From contig NC_092670.1 in the NCBI RefSeq assembly GCF_964355755.1, positions 20,322,795 through 20,386,794 of the forward strand: DNA of 64,000 bases. The letters run 5' to 3'. The stretch is from Antedon mediterranea (lineage: Eukaryota; Animalia; Echinodermata). The notes under the pieces are model-generated. The model saw only the letters and a list, made by a program, of their open reading frames with translations, ran no database searches and was not told the origin of the DNA. Positions 24,188-36,100 of the stretch are shown here, piece by piece (position 1 is the first letter of the stretch; the number at the start of each line of letters is the position of its first letter). Both the position numbers and the translations under genes were made by a program.

Positions 24188-27100
24188 ATGCAGACTGTTG
24201 CCTCTACATCTTTGACAGCCATTGGCAGGGTTCCTAATGGTGACTATCAGGCATTGTCTATGGTTGGAGATAAAGGAACTACAAATATTACACAGAATGA
24301 CACCCAAGAATTATATCCTATGCCAACAACCTTTGATGAGGTAACATTATTATCTAAACTTTAAAGATTTGTCTATACTATCAAACTTTATGTGACAAAA
24401 AAAAAATGTGATGTGCCCATATATGGACATGATGATGTCATATCACTACCATATTTGGAAACATCACTACCATATTTAGGTACATTGCACTTCTTTTGTC
24501 ACAGATAGTGTACAGTAGAAAGAGCTTTATATAAAAATAATGAGAAGTGGAATGATAATGTGTAAACAGTAGGAAAATCTATTAAGTCCTTTTAATTTAA
24601 TGTTTATTGTGTTATGCAGTTTGGCAGTTGTCTAAATACCGACAGTTCTGTTTGTTTGTGCGTGTGTGCTTTTTGTGCACAGACCCCCCAACATGAAATT
24701 TGAAATGTTTATAACAATAGTGAAAAAAAAGAGTATAGCTTGCTCTACTGTATAGATGGTCTATTCTTTACTTTTACAAAAAAAAAAACATATACATCAC
24801 AATATAAAGAAGGAATTTTTGACTCGTTTTTATATAAATTTCTGATGTTAAAATAGCTGCATTTATTTCTTATAAAATTGCCTTGTTTAATATGTATGAT
24901 AAATTATTCTACAAACATGATCCAGTAAAACTAAACAGCCAAAATCGGATTTTTAGGAATAACTATATTTTGGTCCTTATTTTATTCTTTAAATAATGAA
25001 TATAATTAGACTTTTACTTAAGTTTTACATATTTTCATGTAAGAGTGACTACTAGAGTATCACCCCTGCAAAGGCTAGTCTTCAACTTCTAACAGATCCT
25101 TCTCTTCCATATCTTTTAATGTACAGTACAATATGTCACCATTTCTGATCACTAAGCTAAAAAGTTTAGCTCCAATGTCTACACTATCAAACTTTATGTG
25201 ATGTGCCAATATACAGTATGGGCATGATGATTTTGTATCACAACACTACCATATTTGGGCATATCACTACCATATTTGGGCATATCACTACCATATTTGG
25301 TCATATCACTACCATATTTAAGCATATCTCTACCATATTTGGGCACATCACACTTTTTTTGTCAAATTTATAGTTTTATTTATAGTGTAGCCAGAACTTA
25401 GTGTATAGAAGCCAGAAGTTAGAAGACCTATTTGCAGACTTGAACAAATTCAAAAGAGATTCTGCCTCAGGAACATACTTTAATCAGATCTGCGGTTGAC
25501 ATTGATAAAAAAATTACTTTATGCAATAAAGATTTTATGAGAAAAATGCATTATAAATACAGTAGTATCACTAGTAATTTGATAATGTACCAGCTCTCAA
25601 TGGAATTTTGTCATTTACCCTACATTTGTAATATGTACACATTTTTATTGAACTTAAAATAATCCTATTATCTTATCTTACCGACTTTCAAATTACTTTT
25701 CATTTTCAAATTTTAAGTGCCTTCAATTCATATTTAACTTGTTAATTTGACAAAAAAACTCTTTTTTTTTACAAAAACTTGCTGTTTTGAATATTGTTGA
25801 TCAAATTATTAAAAAACTAGAAAGCCACTCTGAGAATGCATATCTCCGCCTACTATAAAAATTCTACATAAGATTTTTCTGAAAAAAAAAATATATATGT
25901 ATTTGTCTGTGTCTTAATGCTGTGTGTGAGTTACGCTAATTTCACTAATGTGTATGCGAGTTTGGTGTAAAGGTTATGTAACCAGCCTTTCAACTAATAA
26001 GAATGGCAATAACAAATGGGTGAAAAGTAATAAGTTTTTAAAACTACTCGTATCAAAAAACCTGTACATTATAATTCTTTCTTATCTTTTAACACTAGCA
26101 GGTCAGAAAATAATAATAAAAAGTGGTCCAGAATTGGGACTGTAATCCAAATTGCCTCCAAAATTTAATTGAGTGGTCCTTGACCACATATCTATCTATA
26201 TTGTGGTAAAGATCTTGCAATTACTTTTTGTGTAATCCTCATGCTAACAAACAAACAAACACACGCGATCAACTACAGTACATATACCTCCTTGGCGGAG
26301 GTAAAAAATCATGTTTGAAATGATTTCAAATCATGAAATTAGGAGTTCTTTATTTTATATTTAGATATTTTTTTAAGTACATATTATTTACTAAAAGATT
26401 AATACATTATTTAATGTTAATTAACTTATTTTTCCTATTTCTCTTTCATATTTTGTCATGATTTTCATAATGGTGATAACTTGGTTTTCTAATACCTGTG
26501 CCACCTGTATTTCAATATTGCCACCTGTATCTCAACAATTGCCACCTGTATCTCAACTGTTTTAACATCCAACACCTGTATTTCTATATATTGACCACCT
26601 GTGATTTGCATAACAGAAGTGGAAGCCTCTATTTGAGAAGGTAAGTCCCATTGTGATTTGTCCATAACTTATAAATGCACATTATCAGTAATTAAGATCA
26701 TTTTCAGCTTTGAATTCAACTTGAACGGTCTCCAGATTGCATGCAGTGTAATATTCTTCTCACATCAACATGATTATTAACTTCTTTTCTGTGACTCATC
26801 AGAGATATCTTAAAGGTTATAGTACTACCTGTGTCTTGTGGGATGATCTGATAATGCATGATGTTTGATGATGGCAACAATTGTAATTTAATCGAGTTTA
26901 ATGCAAGCAAAAGGCGCATAATTAAATATAGAATTGTTTTAGTTGAAATTTGATTATTTAACTATACACAAATGGTTGGCCTTCTTTAAATCATATTAAT
27001 CAGTCATGGTAAAACGCAGTTTAATAGTATTTAAAGGTGAACAGAAAAAGAAAACTATCACACAGAATCTTAAAATAATTTCATTTGGATCCTAATATAG

Positions 27101-30100
27101 AAGGGAATTTTTTCTTTTTGTTGATACAATAGATCGAAAGTACTACAGTAAAGTAGTTTCGATCTATTGGATTGACAAATTTCTTTTCTATCAGACAGAA
27201 AATGTTGATAAAAAGCATGTAATTTAATTATTACTAAAAAGTACAGTATACTATAAGAATATAATAAAACAAACAAAATAATAGTATCTGAGAACTGTGT
27301 TCAGTAATAAATTTAGGCCTACATATAAAACACATTAATAGAAAGAATTTGGCAGTAGAGACAATACGTCATAAGCTACTGTATTACTATATATTACATA
27401 GAAAAGAGACACCAAAAAAATTTTAAAACTGGAGCAAAGCCAATCAAACTTCAGGGTACTTTACAAATTAAATTAATTAAACAATCAATTACAATAGATA
27501 TGCTAGAGGACTCTTCTTGTGAAACAATAACCTTTATTTTAAAGCTCTGTCTACACTATCAAACTTTATGTGACATGAAAATATATATATATGTGCCAGT
27601 TCTGCGGTACATTTTATTTCGAAACCTGAGCTGCACTGACGAGATCTAATAAGATCGAAACAGTACTGTTTGCAGATTGGATATATATATATGGACATAA
27701 TGATGTCATATAACTACGATATTTGGGCATATCAGTACCATATTGGGCACATTTCTTTTGTCAAATTAGATTGATAGAGTAGACAGAGTTTAAGGAAAGA
27801 ATATGACATTTTTATTTGTGTGTATAAATATACAATACCTAAAATGTACAAAAGGATTAAAAAACGGAACCAAATATTTATATTTACAATGGTATGTGCT
27901 CCCACACTTTCTAGATGATCTGACATCAATTTCATTTATTCATCTGTTTTCTGAAACAAATATGTATTAATTATAATGAAAAAAAAATATGAAAAAGATA
28001 TTTAAAAGTACATTTACTGTATTAAAAGCATTCTAAATAAAGTTTTTTTTGAAAAACCTTCCATTATTATGAATATTGTCAACAGAAAGCTATTCAAAAA
28101 ATGATAATTCAGTAATAATAAGTGATCAAACCATAAGTCTCTCTTGGGGAGCATTCTTCACATGAGTTCTGCCTGCGACTCATGGCAAGCCACATATGTA
28201 ATATTGTATAATGTATATTGCATAATTAAAATTGTGTGAATATATTTTCAGCTAGAAAATGCTGATACTTGAAAAAGTGTGGTATATATGTGTATGCAGA
28301 CACAGGGTTTTCAAGTATTATTGCATAGAAAAAGATTTTGGAATTATAAATGGTAGAACAAGCGATTGAATGAAAACTAATACTATATTTTCAGTCATGA
28401 TTGTTATACTGTATAGGGGGTTGTTTTTCCTAATTAAAAAAATAATCATTAACTGAGCTAATTTGGTCTATGGTATTTACTGTAGTTTGGAAAGGGCACT
28501 TTATAGCAAAAAGTGGGATTAGAATCATCGACACTCCTACTCCTTGCTACAGGCTTGTAGGGTATCACAGTGTGGATTAGAAAAAGACTTGTGATAAATA
28601 GCTTTGTAGATGAAATCTTGATAGTGATCTGATGCATAGAAACTGAAAAGTATATTTGAAAAGAAAAGAGTTATGTGAAAGTTGCTAGATTGTTAATTGA
28701 AAAATGCACATTTATACAGGAGTGATACCAATGGCAATGCAAGTGCACAAGTTTGAAAGTTAGCTCAAACCCAAACATATGCACAAAGCCCAAAAATTTG
28801 CAACTAACCATTAAGTAAAATAATCATAAACCAACAAAAAAGTACTGTAGTTTTTTTTAAAACTATTAAAAAAAAAATCATGTACTGTAGTTAAAAGTTT
28901 GAATTAGTATGTATGATGCAAAATCTCTATTTTCTGGGTGATCCCCTTGTTCCTATACCATCTCTTTATACAATGTTATTCGGAACATTAGAATTGCACC
29001 AAATATTGCCACTTTTAATACTGAACACTATTGACATAATTTCTCAAAAGCACACTTAGCTATAAATTAATATTTTTGCACATGACCCTATTAACCAACG
29101 TACGCGATAACCAGAGATGGTGTTTGTACGTTATGGATACAGAGACAGACACCGTTATCAATTCAGATATGGTGTTTGTACGTTATGGATACAGCAGACA
29201 CTGTTATCAATCCAGAGATGGTGTTTGTACGTTATGGATACAGCAGACACTGTTATCAATCCAGAGATGGTGTTTGTACGTTATGGATACAGCAGACACT
29301 GTTATCAATCCAGAGATGGTGTTTGTACGTTATGGATACAGCAGACACTGTTATCAATCCAGAGATGGTGTTTGTACGTTATGGATACAGAGACAGACAC
29401 CGTTATCAATTCAGATACCGTTATCAATTCAGATATGGTGTTTGTACGTTATGGATACAGCAGACACTGTTATCAATTCAGAGATGGTGTTTGTACGTTA
29501 TGGATACAGCAGACACTGTTATCAATCCAGAGATGGTGTTGGTACGTTATGGATACAGCAGACACTGTTATCAATCCAGAGATGGTGTTTGTACGTTATG
29601 GATACAGAGACAGACACCGTTATCAATTCAGATATGGTGTTTGTACGTTATGGATACAGAGACAGACACCGTTATCAATTCAGATATGGTGTTTGTACGT
29701 TATGGATACAGCAGACACTGTTATCAATTCATAAGATCTCTTGCTCGGCATGGCTGAGCCAGTAGTTACTCTACTGTATATTGTGAATCTTCCCAAATCA
29801 TTTCTAGATTTCTCTTTTACAGTATCCTTTAGCAAGCTGATTAAAATGAAAGTTGAAACCTAGTGAAGAAACTATGGAATGTGATATAATATGAAAAATT
29901 AGATTTCACTGATAAATCTCATGGCTATTGAAACTAGATATATTGTTATGAGACCAGAGGGAAAATCATACAGTTTGGGTCAAATTCTTGCAATTTTGGG
30001 TTGTTTTTCTATAAATTGTTTTTGAAATAAAAAAATATACAGTAGATATCGATATTTAAAAAAAAAAAAAAATGAATAATCATGATATTATAGGAAGAAA

Positions 30101-33100
30101 TTTTACAGGTAGGGGTCTTTTCCCAGAGGACCAGAAGGAGCGAATGATAATGTTTTCTCGCTACTGAAGGGCCTTCAAACATCTGCGAGTGCTACTGTAT
30201 TGTGTTTGGTGGAACAGAGAACTGCAAGTACCTTTGTAAAGTATTTAAACATATCATATATGAAATGTAACATACAGATTGGATATATTTGTTTGATTGT
30301 CGTGGACCATGTATTTTAGAACTGGATAAAATGTCGGTCGTGCTCCACTGGTCGTGTCGTGTGAATAAATCATTTACTGCGGAATATCAAATTTAACTTC
30401 CTTCTAATGTTTGTAAGCTGAAATTCATAGTGTTATTAAATATTCATATTTCTTAGCTTAGACTGTTCCATATCTTGAGGGAAGACTGCTGTAGGTTTTG
30501 GATAAATGAGACATTTTGATGCAGTTTGATTGATTAATTCATTTTCATACTTAAAATAATTTGTTCTTCACTTTAGGAAGATGTAAAACAACTGTATTAT
30601 ACATTTAGAAACTGTATTTGCATTCACACTTTATTGATAAAATGTCAAACTTATTGATGTGATTGTATAGGAAGGTTATCATAGAGTGTAAGATGACAGA
30701 TCCATATGAAGTAAAGGGTGAAGCCAGCTATTTTTTTATTTTATAAAAGACCCAAAAAAAAAATTGTTTTATTAAATTTAAAATCATGCAGATTAGAATC
30801 TTCAGTTTAAATTTAAAATCTCAAAATATACATTAAGTTTTTAAAAAATTTAACATAACGTAACCCAATTAAAATCTCTTATTTCATAGCCAAGTATAAC
30901 TTTTTAATAATACAGTCATCTCTCCCAACAACTTTGTGATGGCCAAATATGTCTAGTTTTCTGGAAAGTCTTGTATTCAGAATGTGTTTTTAATGGTAAA
31001 AATAAAGGTGTTTGAATATGATTAATACTATGTGAATCAATTAAAAAATGATTCACTCAAAAATCAATAAACCTCACATTTATTATCACAGAAAATCTAC
31101 TAAATAATAATGTAATTGATTTTAAATGGAATTAACTTATTTTGCGTCATCATATGTAGTCACTTTATAAATGACACCATTTACTAAAAGGACAATGGCC
31201 TCTTTTATATTAATAACTAACACTATTGCAAAATACCTTTTAAAGTGGATGATATGTTTGGAAAAGAATACATCCAAACATTGAGGGTGGTACAGCATTT
31301 AAACAAAATACCATAGTGTACATCAACAAGTATAATGCATTGAATACAGTATACTGTAGATATGGTGGTGTAATGTAATCAAATTCATTGGGAAAAAATG
31401 CTCGTTTTTAGTGGAAGCAGAAAAAGACTTTTAAAAAGTGTAGTTATCTTCTTCACATTAATATTCAAAAATGTGTGTGTAGTAGAGTTTTGACATTCAA
31501 ATGTAATCATTATTACAAAATTAAAACCAAGGTCATACTTGATTGTACTTGAAGTTGTAAAAGTGTGAAAATTATGTGGTTGAAGTCAACTATAGTAGTC
31601 TCACTGGACCTTAGGCTAGCTAAAAACTGTCTGCATGTCTGAATTTTTTTAAAGAATTTGGCGGACCTCAGGCCTTGTCTTTTAAGGCGAGCGAGTGCGA
31701 TCACTCACCTAAGACACTCCTAAACTGCCTTGAGAAGTGTGATTTACAACACGCTTAAATTTGGTAAACTTCTACACACCAAAATACAAACAGCACACCT
31801 ACAGCATCCCTGAATGTATTGAGGAGTGCAATTTGTAGCACACCTATAATTTTCAAAAGACAAGGCCTGGGACCTTATCTTTGATACCGTGGCACCACTC
31901 TTCTATGGAACGCCTTTATTAAGCTGATTTACTGTATAGTTACCAACATGAGATCTGAAATACACGACAGATTTCATCATTTGGTTGGGGGAAGGGGCAG
32001 GGATAGGTCTAGGACCCCCTGGACGAATTTTGTACTTTTATAGGCTGTTAGGCAACTCTAGAAGCAATTATACATTGTTGAATCAACAGTAGTGACTCAG
32101 GTGTGAATTACTGCCAAGATCATAAATGTTACAGTTAGTTAAATCCATATTTGATTTATGATTTTACTTTATTAGTTATCATGAGTAATTTGAGTACAAT
32201 TAGAGTTATTAATATTAAACTGATATCATCATTCCACTTCCTGTGAAAGAATAGCAGATTGCACAACTCTGGCGTAATACTCAATTTTGTTTATCATCTG
32301 AAATGTCACTTGTGTCACTATTGCAGGGGTGTCAACACAACACAAGTGATGTGACTAGTCACAAACAATGGTTTATCCAAACTGTTGCTCGTGATTGGTC
32401 AAATTACTTGCGTTGCCTGTATGCTCTTGCATTGTATCCTTCTGAACAGTTTTAAGTTTGCTGTGGGTTTGAGACCCAATGTTACAAAAAGTTAATGGAC
32501 ATGAACGCGTTTATAACATTCAAATAATAACAACATAACTACAGAAAAAAGAGAAAATCCAAAATGTTTCTTAGCCCAATGAATTCCGGTAAAGTTGGAC
32601 CACACGAGCACTGTAGTTTTCAAACAGACCTGGAGTGCTTGACTTGACTTTTATGGAACTGAATGTGATTAGCAAGAGGCTAGCATTTTACATTTTCTAG
32701 TTTAATCATTAAAGAGCATTTGTTTCTCTCAAATTTGATTACATTATTCTCTGAGTTTTGTCTCATTAAATTGGTATTAAATACTTGGAAGGTCGTGGTT
32801 GAACAGATTAGTCTATGCTCATTTATATTTATTCAAATGATAAACAAATGAAACAAGAACTAGAGGGTACTCCGAGAGTACAAACCTCCGCCTACTGTAA
32901 AATTCCCCTACATAAAATGCCCCCTGAATATTTTTTTTTTACATTTTTTTTATTAGTTCTAAGTGTAAATATGTTAACTGCACACTACAAAGTTGTGGAT
33001 GACAGCGTGGTGTAATGGTTATGTATCCAGCCTCTCACAGTTGAGATCGCTGGTTCAAGTCCCACTGAGGTTTTTTTTTTTTTTATTATTTTTTTATTTC

Positions 33101-36100
33101 TTTTTTTTTAGCTTTTTGTGGACCTTGATCTTTGACCCTGACCCTTCAAAATTTAACCACAATTATATGATGTGTCATTGATCATTGTGGCTAAGTTTGG
33201 TGAGAATCGGATAAAAACTGTGGTCTCTAGGCAGTAAAATAGTTTTTTGTTAGTTGTGACCTTGACGTATGACCTTTTCCCCTCAAATTCGAACTCGTCC
33301 GAGCTTTTGGGGCATAGATCATTGTTGCCAAATTTGGTGAGAATCGGATAAAAACTGTGGCCTCCAGGCTGTTCACAGACACACACACACACACACACAA
33401 ACACACCAACATACAAACACACAAACATACAGGGGTGAAAATATAACCTCCTTGGTGGAGGTAATAACAGTATTTATTAGCAATGTTGCTTTCATAGAAT
33501 TCTTAAGATTCTGGGTTCAATTCCTAGTATTGGCTGTTTCAGAATTTTTCTCCTAGATACAAAACACTATCTATGGTTATTTCTGTTAAATAAACAAAAT
33601 AATTTTTATTTCAGTAATAAGCATTAGCCTGTGTTCTGGTTCATTTTCATCATCTTGTCATTCACCTGTGACTGAGTCTATCTACAGTAGGCCTATAAGC
33701 TTTTCTTTCTTGGTTTCAGTACTTGTTTTGTATCTTGTACTTCAAATCAAAGTCAAATTCAAAATACATTTCTTATGATTTGTTCATGATTCGATTTGGT
33801 TTTAGTCTTCATCAATGATCAACTAAAAAAAAATATAATCTACAGTAAGTAATACAGCTTATTTTTTTTCTCTCCGTCACCTACTGCCACCACCATTGTC
33901 ACTAATTATACTCACTAGTTTTTTGTGATTCTGATTTTCTGGTGGATATTTGTAATCATTTCACAGTATGTTATGTGGGTTCTATTCTTGCGTATCATCC
34001 CGAATAACACAATTCCATGACCCAATAAAACGCACAATTAGGTCGTGACCCATAAGTTGCGTAACAGGGAATTAGGACATGATAGTTGGCACTTTATAGT
34101 TATTTTATTAAAGCTTGTGTGAAGACAGACTGCTTTTCTGAAATTGTGTGCATATGCACATGCATATTATTTTGACTTTTAGTGGTGTTAAACTTTGGTT
34201 TTAAGTCATTATTGTAATTTTCTGTTTAGTAGGTATGCCAGCTTTGATTGCTTGTTTAAATAGTAAAAAGTAGGCTTAACAAACTAAAGGTCATATCGTT
34301 ATAACAGTATATTTTGGCTCTAGAAAAAAAGAAGTAGTAACCTTTTTAAAACTATATATATATTATTTTCTGTTGGAGATGTTTTTTATTCAAATAAGAA
34401 TATACCCCGTAGTAGTGAGGAGAATTGTAATCACTTCTCTGACGTCAGATCAGCTTACTTTGCTTTATGCACGCTTAACTCCAGTGCGTGTGAAATCGAG
34501 CCAATCTTTTGGCCAACAAATTTTTCCCCCTTTTCTGAAAAAATGATTTCCCTCCTCCCCCTCCCCTGTAAAAATCCTGGCTAATGGCTTGCTAACTGTA
34601 CACATAGTCAAGGCTTGACTAGGTGTACTACAGTTAGTACAATGGGAGCTGTAGTGCTAAGTCAACTGTGGGAAAAAATAATATTTGGTAGTCTTCTATG
34701 TGTGACTCTACTTGTGTTCCAATGTTAGGCACAATGTCATAAAACTGTTAAATATAGTACTGATGTACTACACCAGAAAGAATTTCTAAATGCTACTTTA
34801 ATTAAATCTTCTGAATGTTCTTTCAGAAAGCAGATTATGATTTAATGTAGCATTATACATAACAGTTGGAATGCATTATAAATAATCATTATTTGCTATG
34901 GTTTAGACATGGCCTGTTTGTTTTTAGATAAAACTATTTTTGGCTAAATAAATAACTTATCTGATGTTCTTCGAACTCAATACCTGTGATGAAAATGATC
35001 AAATACATTTGGCGTATTCGATTGAGAACTTTTGTGCTCAACAAAAAGTCTTAAGTTAATGATTATTGCCCCTCTGAAACAATAATTTTGTTGTTAAAAT
35101 TAGCTATTTTAATGTCACAATAATTGTTCACTTTTAAACAAAGTTAAATCTAAAAGAATTATTTACCTGATAAAATCGTAATTTAAAGAAAAGTAGTCAA
35201 TTGGAAGCCAATTGTCTGCCAGCCAATGGCTTTCTGGTTAAATTAAGTTAATATTATTAGTTTATGACTTCTGAATAATTGCATTATCCTGGAAAATAAT
35301 AGTAATGTTGATTATTAAATGAGTATTCTAAATGGTTTTTTGTTTATTAAAAATTAATTCAGTTGAATTTTCTACTCATCATTAATTTTCTCCCTTGGGC
35401 ATTCACCAATTATTATTAATTCAATGTTGCTATTTAACATGTGTCCATTTCTTCCTGATGCTTTCCTGAGTGATTTTAAATAGAATTCAGTATTGTAGTA
35501 CCATGTCTTTTTGAAATAAATCAGAAAAAAAAACATCATTTTCCTCAATTTTTTTTTCTTCTTCTTTCCCTACCAACATTTTAGTTTATTAATTTAAACT
35601 TTTCCATCTTTTCTTCATCATCTTCTTTCCCTATCTCCATTTTTTCACCAGTTTATTAATTTAAACTTTTTTATCTTTTCTTTATCATCTTCTTTCCCTA
35701 TCTCAATTTCCTTCACCAGTTTATTAATTTATAAACTTTTCCATCTTTTCTTTGTCATCTTTTTCCCTATCTCCATTTTTTTCACAAGTTTTTTAATTTA
35801 AACTTTTCCATCTTTTCTTTATCATCTTCTTTCCCCACCAACATTTTCTTCACCAGTTTATTTATTTATAAACCTTTCCATCTTTTCTTTGTCATCTTCT
35901 TTTACTATCTCCATTTTCTTCACCGGTTTATTAATTTAAACTTTTCCATCTTTTCTTTGTCATCTTCTTTCCCTATCTCCATTTTCTTCACCAGTTTATT
36001 AATTTAAACGTTTCCATCTTTTCTTTATCATCTTCTTTCCTATCTCTATTTTCTTCACCAATTTATTAATTTAAACTTTTCCATTTTTTCTTTGTCATCT

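Noticed and set aside
29076-29765. Three overlapping 193-229 aa ORFs
   Set aside because: They are an artefact of a stop-free 49/52-bp minisatellite inside an intron, with no domain similarity.
33003-33070. Possible genuine tRNA gene
   Set aside because: The acceptor and T stems do not pair properly and the segment lies inside a repeat, so it is treated as tRNA-derived.
33153-33428. Minus-strand ORFs with a repeated LEATVFIRFSPNLATMI peptide
   Set aside because: They are translations of HINE internal repeats and a microsatellite.
34667-34674. Single Su(H)/CSL consensus TGTGGGAA in a rhomboid intron
   Set aside because: An isolated 8-mer is expected by chance in 64 kb.
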